The notes beneath the pieces are model-generated. The model had not been told where the DNA came from and did not search any database. It saw only the letters and a list, made by a program, of their open reading frames with translations. The translations under genes and the position numbers were made by a program. This document shows positions 1 through 14,517 of a stretch of 64,000 bases of DNA, piece by piece. The stretch is from Octopus vulgaris (taxonomy: Eukaryota): NCBI GenBank assembly GCA_951406725.2, contig OX597825.1, positions 72,106,001-72,170,000 on the forward strand, written 5' to 3'. The number at the start of each line of letters is the position of its first letter. The stretch's first letter is position 1.

Positions 1-534
1 GTATGTGTGAACGTGCGTTTATGTCTGGCTGTGTTTGGAGCGTGTGTGAGCGTGTCTGTGTTTGTGTTTGTGTGTATTCTCACCTGCCGTTGTTCATACA
101 GATGTACTCAGACAAGTGTGTACACATGGAAATACCTATATATATATATATACGTACTAAGTCGTCGTTTAATCAATTGTCTAACGTAAGCAAATTGCAG
201 TCCTATGTTAGACATATCAAGTGCAGCACTTCTATGGTTCGAGTGAGTTGTTAGTCGTAATACAAAGACTCGTCGGCAATGTATTCCAAACAGATTGCAT
301 GTACAACGAATGCGCTGTGTTGCTGCTTACGGTTAAAATACGAATATCAATAATACCATCTGCTAAGTAATATTTACACGCATGTACACACACACACATA
401 TACATAGATATACATACATACATATATATATATGTGTATATATATGTATATTTATAGATATGTGCATATATACCTATGCGCATATATGTGTGAGTGGTTG
501 TGTGAGTATGTAAGTAAGCAAGTATAAACATGTG

Positions 535-573
<39 letters not shown>

Positions 574-629
574 TGTATATATGCGTATATAGACATCTAT
601 AAATAAATAGTCTCTTTTTCTCTATCCTC

Positions 630-716
<87 letters not shown>

Positions 717-725
717 ATAAATACA

Positions 726-1116
726 CGCAGGAGTGGCTGTGTGGTAAGTAGCTTGCTAACCAACCACATGGTTCCGGGTTCAGTCCACTGCGTGGCATCT
801 TGGGCAAGTGTCTTCTGCTATAGCCCCGGGCCGACCAATGCCTTGTGAGTGGATTTGGTAGACGGAAACTGAAAGAAGCCTGTCGTATATATGTATGTAT
901 ATATATATATATGTATGTATGTGTGTGTGCGTTTGTGTGTCTGTGTTTGTCCCCCTAGCATCGCTTGTCAACCGATGCTGGTGTGTTTACGTCCCCGTCA
1001 CTTAGCGGTTCGGCAAAAAAGACCGATAGAATAAGTACTGGGCTTAGAAAGAATAAGTCCCGGGGTCGATTTGCTCGAGTAAAGGCGGTGCTCCAGCATG
1101 GCCGCAGTCAAATGAC
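726..1116 (+). mobile_element. tRNA-derived SINE, family A (CORE-like cttgggcaag)
   Basis: A-box gtggctgtgtggt, B-box ggttcagtcc, internal (TA)n/(TG)n; more than 10 copies in the window. Confidence 0.8.
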
Positions 1117-1117
1117 C

Positions 1118-1840
1118 ATGTAACCACTCTCCAAGTTTTCCAGCCATGCAGAGATCACGCAGTTTGTGGAATATCGAACCATGATCCACTTTATCAAAAG
1201 CTTTTGCAAAGTCAAGGTATATTACGTCCATATTAATATATGTATATTTATACATACACAGCTATTACAGCATTTTGACTGGTTACAGAAACAACGGCTC
1301 AACCACTCAAATTGTGAATGTGATATATCTCGTCTTTATCAAAGCCTTCGACAAAATTAAGGAAAGATGATATGTTGTAGCATATCTGTGCGACATTGGT
1401 ATTGTTGAAAAGCTAGGGGTGTGGTAGCATGACATTTTTAAAGTTATAAGTCAGAAAGTCACAGCCAATAGTGCTCTCTTTCTCTCTGAGGAGGCATTAG
1501 TTGACAGCGGAAGACACCAGGGAGCTGTACTGGGATCACTACTGTTTGTAGTGGCTTAGTCATCGACCCGCACCAGCTATGCTGACGATACAAACGTATT
1601 GCAACTTGCCAATGGTCCTGATGACATCCTAAAACTGCAGAAAAACCTAAATGCAATATAGAAATTGTCTGATGAATATAACACACAGTTCAATACGGGA
1701 AAGTTTCAAGCCCTCTACAATAGGTCACAAAGTAGATCGCAATCGAAATATACAGGACTAGGAAGTAGTGCAATCCCAGAGTCAGAGTCGGTGCAGTCCA
1801 CATGAATAATGATGCATATTCCGTGAGCATATTATTGATA
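1118..1840. mobile_element. Degenerate CR1/Jockey-like LINE RT fragments in both orientations
   Basis: DVIYLDFAKAFDKVDH on minus (1130-1230); DVIYLVFIKAFDK and YADDT-like remnants on plus. Confidence 0.6.
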
Positions 1841-1979
1841 TGGTAACACAAAAATATCTAGTTGAAAGCTCGCGATCGACTATATTGAAGTGTCAAATAT
1901 CTAATAAGTGCGGATGCACAAGAAACAGACTGAAAGAGTGCTTGAAGTTTAGTGTTGACGAAAACCGAACGGACATTTT

Positions 1980-2181
1980 CTTTTCTACTCTAGGCACAAG
2001 GCCTGAAATTTTGTGGGAGGTGGCCAGTCGATTAGATCGACTCCAGTACGTAACTGGTACTTTATTTATCGACCCCGAAAGGATGAAAGGCAAAGTCGAC
2101 CTCGGCGGAATTTGAACTCAGAACGTAACGGTAGACGAAATAAGGCTACGCATTTCGCCCGGCGTGCTAACGTTTCTGCCA
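1980..2181 (-). mobile_element. SINE family B
   Basis: Shares gagttcaaattccgccgaggtcgactttgcctttcatcc with many copies in the window. Confidence 0.75.
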
Positions 2182-3381
2182 ACGGCATTCGCCCAGCTGA
2201 TGTTTTTTGGTCAACCCAATATGTAGGTTAAGCGACTATCTGGCAATAGCATTCATACCCACAATTCCAGGCTGGTGTTCGGCGTGCTGGAAGACCGCTG
2301 GGAGTAAGACACTCCTTAGCTTTTGTTAAAGTATGTCTCTAAGAGTAGGTTGCTCTGACATAAAACCAAATATGCAGGAAATGGCATTGAGCATTTTGGG
2401 ATATTTTGCTTGCGCTTGACATCATGGCAGTACCACATTCCTGAGACTGCGACCCATATTGGCACTGGATATCTTGCCCCGGTTTGTCTCTGTCCCATGG
2501 TCTATGAGGTGTTGTGCCAGCGTTATTTGACTTAAAATTTTGTACATGCAATGCCTTCTCAGTAATGGTCATACTCGTCTATGAGTTGACAGCCGTTATG
2601 TATGCATGTATGTATGTATGTATTTACGTATGTATGTATGTAGCTATCTGTCTGTCTGTCTATATGTCTTTGTAGTTCATGTAACTGCGATTTATGTTAA
2701 ACGGTTACTGTTCACAGTGACAGGCTGCGATTAATTAATGTTAACCTCTTGACCCTGAGTGAGTCAAGCTTGTAATGTAACTCACCGTAGTACTGACCTG
2801 AAGTAAAATACCTGACATTCCTTAAGCCTTTTCTCTTGACCTCCTTTGCAAAGCCTAACCAAGGAGACGACCAAGTGACTCATTTACTTGGACGCCTCTT
2901 CTGCCTCATAGTGGAAGCCCAGGGAAGTGCAAATTAAGATAGCCTAAATACAATTTCTAGCTTTGACGTTTGCATTAATCAGCAACTGTCGTAGAGTTTA
3001 TATAAGACTCTTAATTATTTTTAGATTTGTTTTCAGTAGTAGTGTGTTGTATTTGCTAATCGGTTGAAAATCTCTTGTGTTTTAATTAATATGCTAACAG
3101 TGCCCTGGTAACCGATCACTTTATTACATCAACTTAACAATCCAGGAAAAGTTCGTTGTCCTGTATTGTATTTCAGACAACGTACTTCGTCACAAAAGTT
3201 CCTGTTCGCCAAGCCTCATGAAATGTAATGGAGCAATTTTATAAGAATTAAAGGCTTGGTTGTAATTAATGAGTGTATATTTTTTCAAGTAATCGCGCGA
3301 TGTTAATTATTATATACATCAGTGTTATACTTCATTACAAGCACTGATTTATATGCAGTGATAACAAAATATAAGCTAATG

Positions 3382-3643
<262 letters not shown>

Positions 3644-4111
3644 CAATAATATTAATACGCTAAATTTTTGTACATACCTGTTGTGTGCGTCACACTTCTT
3701 TGAAGTGGCAAAGCGAGAGAAAGGAGGAGAGAGGAAGTAAGAGAGAAAGAGAGAGGGGGTGAGAGAGTGTGCGAGAGAGAGAGAGAGAGAGAGTGAGAGA
3801 GAGAAAGTGAGAGAGTGAAAGAGAAAGAGTGAGAGAGACAGTGAGTGGTGATGGCGTTCGTTTTGTGCTTTTAAATGTTTCAGAGATGACGTAAGAGAGA
3901 AAGAAAGAGAGTGAGTGGTGATGGCGTTCGTTTTGTGTTTTTAATTGTTTATCACATTGCAAGAGAAGGGGATACATAGATACATAGACACAGCAAATAT
4001 TGGCTGCTAGTTTCACTTTTTATTATCACACGGGAATAAAATTAACTCACAAATGGGTGAGTACTCCACAGCTACAACTCGAGACATATATACATACATA
4101 TATATATAGCC

Positions 4112-4158
<47 letters not shown>

Positions 4159-4452
4159 CTAGCAGTATCGCCCGGCGTTGCTCGGGTTTGTAAGGGAAAT
4201 AACTATATAAGCATTTTTAGAGAGTTATAGCCAAAAAATAGCAAAAAAATGCATTAAAAATGGAAAAAAAATTATGGTAAATTTTTTTTTAAATCGTTGA
4301 CTCATCGTAGACGCGCGCTAATACCCAGAAGGGCTCGATATGAATCACGACTATAAGATACCCGGTTTTGGTTAAATTGCACCGCAAAATGTGGGAGTAG
4401 TTAGGAATCTAAATCGTAGGAGACAGACACACAACTTGACTTTTGTATATAA

Positions 4453-4455
<3 letters not shown>
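4159..4455 (-). mobile_element. Non-autonomous Helitron
   Basis: Minus strand starts TC and ends cccgagcaacgccggg hairpin + cgatactgCTAG, inserted at A|T within (TA)n; same 3' end as the copy at 36511. Confidence 0.75.
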
Positions 4456-4490
<35 letters not shown>

Positions 4491-4709
4491 TTATTTTGGT
4501 ATGGAAATATGTAATTAAAATTTTAAAATTTTACTCACTGGGATGCAGTTTTCGTGTAGAGGCATCGCAGTCCATGTGTTTACATTTTCACGCACATTTT
4601 GTGGCGGCGCCTCTGAACGAAGCTCTATACACATATATAGATATATAGTGTGTGTGTGTGTATGTATGTATATATATATATATATATATACATACATACA
4701 TACATATAT

Positions 4710-4794
<85 letters not shown>

Positions 4795-4849
4795 AAAACT
4801 CTTTCGGTTTCCTGAGATAGCTTACATTAAAACATAATTTTCTTTCATA

Positions 4850-5246
4850 GTTTTTGTGGATTCTTAATTCCTGCGACACATGAGTCAAGTGAATTCCATT
4901 AGGAATCATAACAGAAATGTTATGATTTATACACAACATAGTACATGTAGAGATTCCCATTTGGTGTACGCAGCAGGATGTGCGAAACACAACTTGATTT
5001 ATGTTGGTTGCACAAAAGAACAATTAAAGAAATGATTTAATGGGCACAGACATGACGTCAGTAACAATAACAGTAGTTCGACAGAAATTGCCGAACATTT
5101 TGTTTCAAACGGAAGTATAGTGGATCTCAGTGACCTCTTTGTATATGGCTTAACAAATACCTTACTACGAACCATTTTGTGATCCGAGTAATACTCGGGA
5201 GTTTTGTGAGTACTGGTTAATCTGAAATCACTGCAATCTTTCCTCT

Positions 5247-5250
<4 letters not shown>
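4850..5250 (+). mobile_element. Degenerate PLE GIY-YIG endonuclease fragment
   Basis: Translates as [37 protein letters not shown]...IAEHF; its 3' part recurs at about 7432-7563. Confidence 0.65.
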
Positions 5251-5289
<39 letters not shown>

Positions 5290-5297
<8 letters not shown>

Positions 5298-5776
5298 ATA
5301 TTTCGGAATGGTCATATTGCCAGTTTAGCCAATAAAAACACACGCACTATATATTTGGTGTTATTTTGCTTCAGTGATATTTATTTTTTACATTAATCTT
5401 AATCTTATTTCGGCCAAAGTTCTTTCGTCACACTCCTGTGACCGCATCAGTGGTCCTTTGTTTTCTTCTCACTTACTGTGTATCTCCTTACTAACCGTCA
5501 GCCATTTTGTATTTCTATTGTATGTCTTCATTTGCGCATGCTTATATCTCTATGTGCGTCTATGTTTATTTAGTGTGTGTGTGTGGGGGATGCCTGTAAT
5601 ATTTCTATCTTCTGTTTATATACATTCTTGTAATTTGTATTTTGTTTTTGTTGTTGTTGCTTTTGTTCGAATTTTGTTCATGTGTTTACATCCACCCATT
5701 ATTATCATTACATATGCTTGTATGTATGTATAACAACAATATTAGTAATAATAATAATAAATCTAATCGAAAAAAA

Positions 5777-5807
<31 letters not shown>

Positions 5808-6680
5808 TACACACACATATATACACATATACATATATATATATATATATATACACACATACATATATATAGTTATTCATTTCTATTTCTTTAATTATCT
5901 GTGTATTTATTATGTTTGCAGGATCCACTATCGTCATATGTTGTGGTGTGTGCTAATGCTCCATTCTAGTTTTCTATTCAGGCTAGGTTTATTTTCTATT
6001 ATATGTGTAGCTTCTGTAATTTGTCTAATTGTTGCATCTGTTCTATGTGTGGACAATATCTTAATCTCTATGTTATTGATTGATCCCCCGTGTTCTTGTT
6101 CGGCGTGTTGGTACAGAATCGATGAGCTTTTACCTTCCTTGAGTTGTCTCCAATGTTCATTCACCCGCTCTCCAATGCTTCTTGCTGTTTCCCCTACGTA
6201 TGTTACTGTCTTGTTACTGCATCGTCCCTCTATACATCTTATACTATAGACCACATTTCTGGCTTTACAGAATGGGTGGATGTAAACACATGAACAAAAT
6301 TCGAACAAAAGCAACAACAACAAAAACAAAATACAAATTACAAGAATGTATATAAACAGAAGATAGAAATATTACAGGCATCCCCACCACACACACTAAA
6401 TAAACATAGACGCACATAGAGATATAAGCATGCGCAAATGAAGACATACAATAGAAATACAAAATGGCTGACGGTTAGTAAGGAGAGACACAAGTAAGTG
6501 AGAAGAAAACAAAGGACCACTGATGCGGTCACAGGAGTGTGACGAAAGAACTTTGGCCGAAATAAGATTAAGATTAATGTAAAAAATAAATATCACTGAA
6601 GCAAAATAACACCAAATATATAGTGCGTGTGTTTTTATTGGCTAAACTGGCAATATGACCATTCCGAAATATAACAATAT
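5290..6680 (-). mobile_element. 5'-truncated Penelope-like element with inverted pseudo-LTRs
   Basis: GIY-YIG ORF remnant 5934-6270 (NVVYSIRC...TYVGETARSIGERVNEH...KPSLN) between ~410 bp inverted repeats 5290-5700 and 6271-6680. Confidence 0.85.
6514..6558 (+). ncRNA. Hammerhead-like motif in pLTR (variant core CUGAUGCG); mirror copy at 5412-5456 on minus
   Basis: cca-CTGATGC-g-gtcaca/ggag/tgtgac-GAAA-gaac-TT-tgg. Confidence 0.5.
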
Positions 6681-6733
6681 CTGTTTCAACACACGACTTC
6701 ACATAAAAAATCTTGCACAACAAATATTTAAAC

Positions 6734-6791
<58 letters not shown>

Positions 6792-6835
6792 GTATATATA
6801 TGTATATATATATATATGTATATATATATATGTAT

Positions 6836-6921
<86 letters not shown>

Positions 6922-6942
6922 GTATATATATATATGTATATA

Positions 6943-6987
<45 letters not shown>

Positions 6988-6989
<2 letters not shown>

Positions 6990-7197
6990 GAGGGGGTACT
7001 GAAAGGTTCCTGAATTTGGAAAACACAGGAGGATCAGTTAACTATGATTTTGTTCAACATATTCCAACTCCCAGGTTCACACACTTATTGCAGCGGTCCC
7101 TCAATTTCCCTAAGCTCTGTAAAAGAACTCGGAAGGTTGGGCCTCCAACTAGGATTTACGCAATACCCTTAAATCCAGGAACTTTTCAGCACCCTCT

Positions 7198-7200
<3 letters not shown>
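6988..7200. mobile_element. Tc1/mariner-type MITE
   Basis: TIRs acgagggggtactgaaaggttcctg and caggaacttttcagcaccctcttgt, starting at TA. Confidence 0.75.
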
Positions 7201-7247
<47 letters not shown>

Positions 7248-7589
7248 CATACATACATACATACATACATACATACATACATACATACATACATACATAC
7301 ATACATGCCTGCATGCATACATACATACATACATACACACGCGCGTGCACATACATATAAATGTATTAAACATTTTTTTTGTCGTTTCTGGATTTTTTTT
7401 TACGGAAGACACGTTTATTCTCAGAGGTATACCGGATCTCAGTAGCCTCTTTGTATATGATTTAATAAATACCTTACTACGAACCATTTTGTGATCCGAG
7501 TAACACTCGGGAATTTTGTGAGTTCTGTTTAATCTGGAATCACTACAATCTTTACTCTTAAATTTTTTATTAAATCAAGAATCCGCTAG

Positions 7590-8480
7590 CGATCCTGAAT
7601 TAGTCAATAAAACCATTCAGAGGCCTATAATTGAGGAACTTGTGGAAGATCCTTTCCTGGAAGAGATAAGTACTGATATTAAAAAACTTTCCAGTGGTAA
7701 AGTTTCTGGACAGTACGGTATTCCCTTAGAGGTGTACAAGCGTGGTGAAAGACTACTGAGAAAGCTGCGCAAATTGATCAGTTTCCCAACAGTTTAAAGA
7801 TGAATCTATAGCACACTTGTGCAAAACTAGGAGAACAAGAGTGTATGTGATAACCCAGAGGAATAAGTTTGTTTTGTATAGCTGGAGAAATTCTTGCGAG
7901 AGTGATCCTTAACCGCATCAACTAGCATATAGTAAACATCATGTATCCTGAATCCTAATGTGGATTTTGGACTGGGAAAGGCACAGTTGACATGATTTTT
8001 GCTCTTCGGAAAGTTCCAAAGAAAACACGTGAGCAAAATACTGACTGGTGCATGGTCTTTGTCGACTTGGCCAAGGCCTTTGATACAATGAATTGTGAGG
8101 CGCTCTGGAAAATGTTGTCGAAAGTTGGTCTGCCTGATAAAATAATATGGGTAATTGTATCTCTGCACAAAGGAATGATGGCAAGAGTGATATATAATAG
8201 TCAACGTTCAGAGGCGTTTTCTTTTATCACTGGAACCAACAGGGCTCTCTTTTAGCTCCACTTCTTTTTTCCCATATTATATTCAATGGTGCTCTAACAT
8301 GCTTTTAGGGATTATCAGGATGGTGTAAAATTCCAGTTTCGCACAGAAGGAGGTCTACTAAACCTAAACGGGCAAAGTTACAGATCAAAGAAAAAGACCA
8401 GGGAAGAAATTATACGTGACGTTTTCTTTACTGATGATTATTTGATTTCTCATACAGATGAGGGAATTCTTGGATTTCAT
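7590..8480 (+). mobile_element. RTE-clade LINE RT fragment (frameshifted)
   Basis: MIFALRKV..K.REQN....VFVDLAKAFDTMNCEALWKML. Confidence 0.8.
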
Positions 8481-8535
8481 GCAGCCACTATTATTAATAT
8501 TATTATTGTTGTTGTTGTTGTTGTTGTTGTTGTTA

Positions 8536-8730
8536 AAGTGGCGAGTTGATAGAATCGTTAGCACGCCGAGCAAAATGCTTAGCAGCATTTCGCCCGTCTT
8601 TACATTCTGAGTTCAAATTCTGTTATGGTCGACTCTGCCTTTCATCCTTTCTATGTCTGTAAGATAAGTACTAGTTGAGTACTGAGGTCGAAGTAATCGA
8701 CCTACTCCCTTTCTCCGAAATTGCTGCCCG
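8536..8730 (+). mobile_element. SINE family B (diverged)
   Basis: Similarity to the family B consensus. Confidence 0.65.
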
Positions 8731-8734
8731 TATG

Positions 8735-9150
8735 ATATATTTCCTTGGCAGATAGAGTCGGTCGGTATTAGTTTTAAGATTGAGTGCGTTGTGCATTGTT
8801 AGAAGTTTTCTTGTCCTGTTCAAGTTCTGCAGCTCAATCGTTGTCCATTTTAGAAAGCGAGAAGGGGTTCTCAGTTCTGACACAGTCCATGTATTTATGG
8901 CTTTAGTGGTGTTTCCTCCATTTTGTTTCGGGCACCTTCCTAATTCTCCCCTTGTACGCTTTAGAGACTTTCTCTCTCATTTCTCTTTCCCTTATCTTAT
9001 CGTCTAGTAGCATTCCTAGATATTAATAACCCTCATTATTCCGCAGCAATCTAATGATGCTTTGTGGTAATTTTATGTCATTAAACCTTGTCTTCCGGCC
9101 TTCACTCATAATTAGTGCTGCGCACTTATCTTCAAACTGCATTCCAGAAT
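8735..9150 (-). mobile_element. R4/Dong-like (RLE) LINE fragment
   Basis: LNRTRKLLTMHNALNLKTNTDRLYLPRK resembles the post-RT motif of R4-like elements. Confidence 0.55.
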
Positions 9151-9179
9151 TTGAAAACATTATTATTATTATTATTATT

Positions 9180-9390
9180 AGAGCGGAGAGTTAACAGAAT
9201 TGTTTGCATACTGGACAATATGCTTTGCGGCTTTTTGTCATTCTTACGTTCTGAATTCAAATTCTGCCGAGATCGACTTTGCCTTTCATCCTTTCGGAGT
9301 TGATGAAATAAATATCCGACAAGTACTGAGATCGATGTAATCAACTAGCCCCCTCCCCTAAAATTTCAGGCCTATAATTAAAAAGGATTA
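9180..9390 (+). mobile_element. SINE family B (diverged)
   Basis: Similarity to the family B consensus. Confidence 0.6.
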
Positions 9391-11218
9391 TTAATTATTT
9401 TTTAATGCTATTTTATAAAGCACAGGAGACAACGCCTGATGTGTTTCGGTTTTATGATGACTTCATCAGCGAAGCTTAAACCTCACTAAACTTTCTGAAG
9501 TAAGGGTGAGAGACTCATTTAGTAAATGGAATATTATATACAGATAGCTGAAAAGAAATACAACGGATTGAAGAATAGCCGAGTGACACTTTACATTAAC
9601 AGCAATTAATGTTAACGCCTGGACGGGACATTTCCGAGTTGGTGTACTGTCTGCTGGTCGGAGAAGTTAACCGTACATATCCTCTTTATTTGAAAGTTCT
9701 CTTTCCTTAGTAAAGACACATACTTCAATTTCGGTTGATAGTTCCCACAAGAAGGCAGAGTTTAATGCAAAGAAGCAGGGTATTATATAATTGGCGAGTT
9801 CTTCATTGGCAGACATTATCAAGTTCAAATTTCTCCCTCTGTGTAGCTTAAAAAGAGGTCACGTGAATTCTCGAAGACGAAATGATTTTGATCCAAAGCC
9901 TTTATTTGATGTTTCGACCTAAAATCATATTCTAGCCTCTTACATATTGTTATATGTAAGATATGTTATACATATGGACCATGGGAAAATGTCAAATAAA
10001 ACCATCAAGAGGGGACTATTGCTAACAGAATTTATTGATCCATAGAATGGATCCTTCCTTGTTGGCTGGAATAAATATCAATCTTAAGCACTGGGAACGA
10101 AGAGGTCGATACCTTTATACAATTCTCATCCTCCTTCAAGGTAAAATTTGATGACGTATCGAATTTACAGAATAATATTTCTAGATAATCATTGAACGCC
10201 GGATTACAGAATCGTCAGAGCGTCGATATAATACTTTCTGTTCTTTTCTTTTTTTTTTTTTTGGTGGAGGCTGTTCGGTTTATTTCATTCTGCGTTCAAA
10301 CCACGGCGATGTTAACTGCTTTTCAACATTCTGGATTCGATAAAATAGAGTACCAACTAAAGTGTATGATATCATCCCCCCTCCGCCCCCACTACCTCAC
10401 CTCAAAATTGCAGGCCTTCTTCCTAGATAGAAGCTGAGAGCGTTAGACAAAATATTTCATGATAGTCTTTTCCTGTTCATTGCGAGCTAAGTTCAAATCC
10501 CACGGAGGTTCAGTCAAAATACCTCATAACATTTTTTTCTGGTTACAAATTCAAATCTCATCGATGTCAGCTTTGGCTTATATCCCTTCGGGATCGATAA
10601 ATGAAGTACTAGTCAACTACTGAAATCAATGGTTTCAACTTGCCTCTCCTCTTAAAATTTCTGGTCTTGTGCCTAAATTACAAGCTATAATTCGACAGCA
10701 ATAGATTTGACAGAATTTGACAGATTTGATAGATTTGACAAGCTATAATTTGACAGCAATAGATTTCCCAGTGGAATTTTATTCGGATTCATTCGATTCA
10801 GAATTAAAGACACACTAAGATCACCTATGCTTTCCACCATTTAGAACCGATTAAGTAAAGTATGAGTCACTCATTATGTATCCACAAACAAACCACCCTT
10901 TAAAATATCCTCTTTGGCGTCTGAATTATACACAGTATTTATAAGGAACCGTCACTGGTCTCAAAATGTTAACAAGGAAATATCCATATGACAAGATGTT
11001 ATTTTTTTCCGTAGGTATGTACTCAGAAAATTGTAGAATCGTTGTTGTGTTGTTAAAGTATTTAAATAAAATGTCAATAAAGGTGACCTTATGACTATCG
11101 GTGAGTGAATGCTATTGCACATGTGTTTTACGCAGAAAAGTTCTCGTGGAACTGTAATATGTCAAACAACATTGCAAGATATATAATCAAACTAAATCCT
11201 ATATATATATATCGATTT

Positions 11219-11625
11219 AAGAAGAAGAAGCAGAAGGAGGAGGAGGAGGAGGAGGAGAAAAACAACAACAACAACAACAAAAATAACAAAGAGAAGAAGA
11301 AGAAGAGCAACAACAACAACAAGAGGAAAAACAAGAACAAGAAGAAAAAGAAGAGTAAGAAGAAGAAGCAGAAGGAGGAGGAGGAGAACAACAACAACAA
11401 CAACAACAATAACAAAGAGAAGAAGAAGAAGAAGAAGAAGAAGAAGAAGAAGAACAACAACAACAACAACAACAACAATAACAAGAGGAACAACAAGAAC
11501 AAGAAGGAAAAGAAGAGTAAGAAGAAGAAGAAGAAGGAGAAGGAGGAGAAGAAGAAGAAGAAGAAGAAGAAGAAGAAGAAGAAGAAGAAGAAGAAGAAGA
11601 AGAAGAAGAAGAAGAAGAAGAAGAA

Positions 11626-11657
<32 letters not shown>

Positions 11658-11663
11658 AGAGGA

Positions 11664-11699
<36 letters not shown>

Positions 11700-11713
11700 C
11701 GAAGAAGAAGAAG
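11219..11713. repeat. (GAA)n/(GAG)n/(CAA)n compound microsatellite with internal duplication
   Basis: Read directly; the block aagaagcagaaggaggag...aataacaaagagaag occurs twice. Confidence 0.95.
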
Positions 11714-11779
11714 ATTTCATTTTAATAATTTCTGTTTCATCCTTCCCGCGATTTTGCCAAATGAAACTATGAATATTAT

Positions 11780-12050
11780 CTAATCATTTCATTCTTATCC
11801 TATTTCTTCCTAGTTTCTTCTGCCGGTTAGCTTGGTTTGCAGAATACCTTTTTACATGTCTTTCCTGCGACATTCTATGCACATGCTCGTAGTACCGGAC
11901 TTGTGACGTCTCAGTGCGAAGAAATAGCGGCTTGAACTGAGAGACTCCCCACTCTCGAAGCAAAGCACTATGTCGGGTAAAGTGAATCCAGAGATCTTTC
12001 GTAGGAAACTCCGATTTAGCTGATGCATCCGCGATCGGCCCCACTTTCCG
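11780..12050 (-). mobile_element. RTE-like LINE C-terminal remnant
   Basis: SQVRYYEHVHRMSQERHVK resembles the LRW.GHV.RM..ER..K motif. Confidence 0.45.
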
Positions 12051-12110
12051 TCATTACCCACGATGTTGTTAATATATTGTTCTCAAGATGTATCTCTGTA
12101 TACATACATA

Positions 12111-12471
12111 GGCGTAGGAGTGGTTGTGTGGTTAGTAGCTTGCTTACCAACAACATGGTTCCGGGTTCAGTCCCACTGCGTGGCACCTTGGGCAAGTGTC
12201 TTCTACTATAGCCTCGGGTCGATCAAAGCCTTGTGAGTAGATTTGTTAGACAGAAACTGAAAGAAGCCCGTGGTATATATATATATGTGTGTGTGTGTAT
12301 GTATGTATGTGTGTATATGTTTGTGTATCTGTGTTTGCCCACCCCCAACATCGCTTGACAACCGATGCTGGTTGTTTACGTCCCCATAACTTAGCGGTTC
12401 GGCAAAGAGACCGACATAATAAGTACTAGGCTTAAAAAGAATAAGTCCTGGGATCGTTTTGCTCAACTAAA
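12111..12471 (+). mobile_element. SINE family A
   Basis: Near-full copy. Confidence 0.8.
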
Positions 12472-12474
12472 GTA

Positions 12475-12920
12475 TTGACCAGATTTATAGAGAAGGACAA
12501 AAATATTCGTTGTCATGGCAAATTTAAAGATAAATGTAAACTTAATAATTTTTGCAAACAGAAAGATGTGTATAGATGCAGGGTAGAAACCGATGGATTA
12601 AATTACTATCGCATAGGATCCACAGCGAATTTTATTAAGCGTAGAATTGTCAACAACGAAAACACATTTGAAAGCAAAAATAAGTCAAACTCCACTAGTC
12701 ATAGTAAATTTATTTGGGAATTAAAAGACAAAAATAAGGACTTTAACCTCCAGTGGAAAATCGTCAGCCACTTATAAAGTGGAAGACACCCGTTGTGATT
12801 TTTGTATTGAAGAAATCTCCCAAATTTTAAAATTTAAACACCAACATATTAACTGTAAACGCGGATGTAGTTTAGCATGTACACACTCATATAGATTTGT
12901 ATTTAAAAACTACAAATAAA
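12475..12920 (+). mobile_element. Naiad-like PLE GIY-YIG remnant
   Basis: CKQKDVYRCRV...YRIGSTANFIKRR...STSHSKFIWELK...LQWKIV, then a CDFCIEE (CxxC) insert. Confidence 0.7.
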
Positions 12921-13650
12921 TAAAAATAAAATAAAATGTAAACTTGGATAAAATATAAATAGGATACTTTAATAGATATATATGTTATATATATGTTTTA
13001 TAAAGTACAATTATAATAAAATTGTATTAGGTTATGTGGAATAAAATAATAAAATAAGTTATTAGATATAATTGTATAATAGTAATTGTTATGATAATAG
13101 TAATAATATACTTCCCGTATATTGACCTTCATCATTTTGTCTAATAATAGAAATGTGTACAACACGTATTTAGAAGTCGTGGAATACAAATACTTTAACT
13201 GCACTACGTTTGGGGTTTTCAGGTCTATCACGTGATGAAACATATCAACGTACATAAACACACATGATATAAACAAAAGACGCACACACACACACATACG
13301 CACACAAACATGTAAGAAAATAGAACAAAAGACATAAATATATAACAGTTTTTGTTTTAAATATTAACATGCAGACGCACTCACAAGCTTTATTGTCATG
13401 TTGAGTCTGTCGACATCATGCGTTCGTTTATAATGTGATATTTATATGTGTCTAATTTTCCCCGTGAAGAAATATTTAACTCGCTATTTCAAGCTGCAAT
13501 TTTTAATTTTTAACTTATTTATTTCTAATTGATTGAGCTATGAATTGAAACAGATTGTAGGTTCCAGAGAATTTTAGCAATATGTTAATAATTTGAATTT
13601 TATCAGTTAAAACTCTCCCTTTTCTCCTCATAAAATATTATATCATATTA

Positions 13651-13876
13651 TATCCCATCAACTTTAAACGGAGTCTGGATAGATTTCTTCAAGGAATACC
13701 GGATAAGCCACTCATAATTTGATACAACTCACCCAACAAGAACTCACTACTTGAATGGACCATAAACAAAACTTGACTTAAACAGGATTTAGATAATCCT
13801 ATCAGGTGGTGCTATTAAGTTAGACATGGCCTGGACCAATCTTTCGTCGAAACATATCTTAGTTTATCTAAGTTTA
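13651..13876 (+). mobile_element. 3' end of a CR1/Jockey-like LINE (same family as 21528 and 62594)
   Basis: Matches about 63440-63697 and ends in (TA)n. Confidence 0.85.
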
Positions 13877-14517
13877 TATATATATCCCTTTGTCAAAACT
13901 AAAACATTTGAGACTAATAACACTCTGATATGGTTAAGTGTTAATCATCACCATCTCAATACAAACAGATGAAAACCCCTAACTGATATCATCCTACCAA
14001 ACATTTAAAACTCGTCACCTACTTATACTCTTTTCTGAACTCCCAAGAATTCATTACCTAAAATCGGACGAACCAAGGAAACAAACCTAATTTCAAAGGT
14101 GGACTGATTTCTAAGATTTAACTTTCACATACTCAAAAGAAAAACAAAAGATCTCGTTCATATCCAAATAAAACCCACGGAAACTACTAAACCAAGAGGC
14201 ACATTTGCTGTCAACAGCCAAACTACAGTCTTTTGTGAATGCCTATGACACACCTAAGTATATACACATGATTACAAAGTTCTACATACATCAATAAATT
14301 CTAAACAATAGCACTTCCCTAAATTCAACCAATAAAAAATGTCCATAACATCTGGCCATCACAACCTACTATACTTCCTTATGATCATTTAACAGAGTTC
14401 AGTTTATCCTAGAAGATTTGAACTTAAGAGAGACTATATAAAGCCTAGACGAACTCAATTTCATTAGAGTCCGATGATGGTTTAGCTGGCCGCAACTCTG
14501 AAGTGACTGCCAATACA

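Noticed and set aside
5033-5035. In-frame TGA in the 4850-5250 GIY-YIG remnant as selenocysteine
   Set aside because: It falls at the conserved Arg position, so it is most likely ordinary nonsense decay of an Arg codon
9435-9475. Hammerhead-like CTGATGA...GAAAC on minus
   Set aside because: Stems I, II and III could not be formed convincingly
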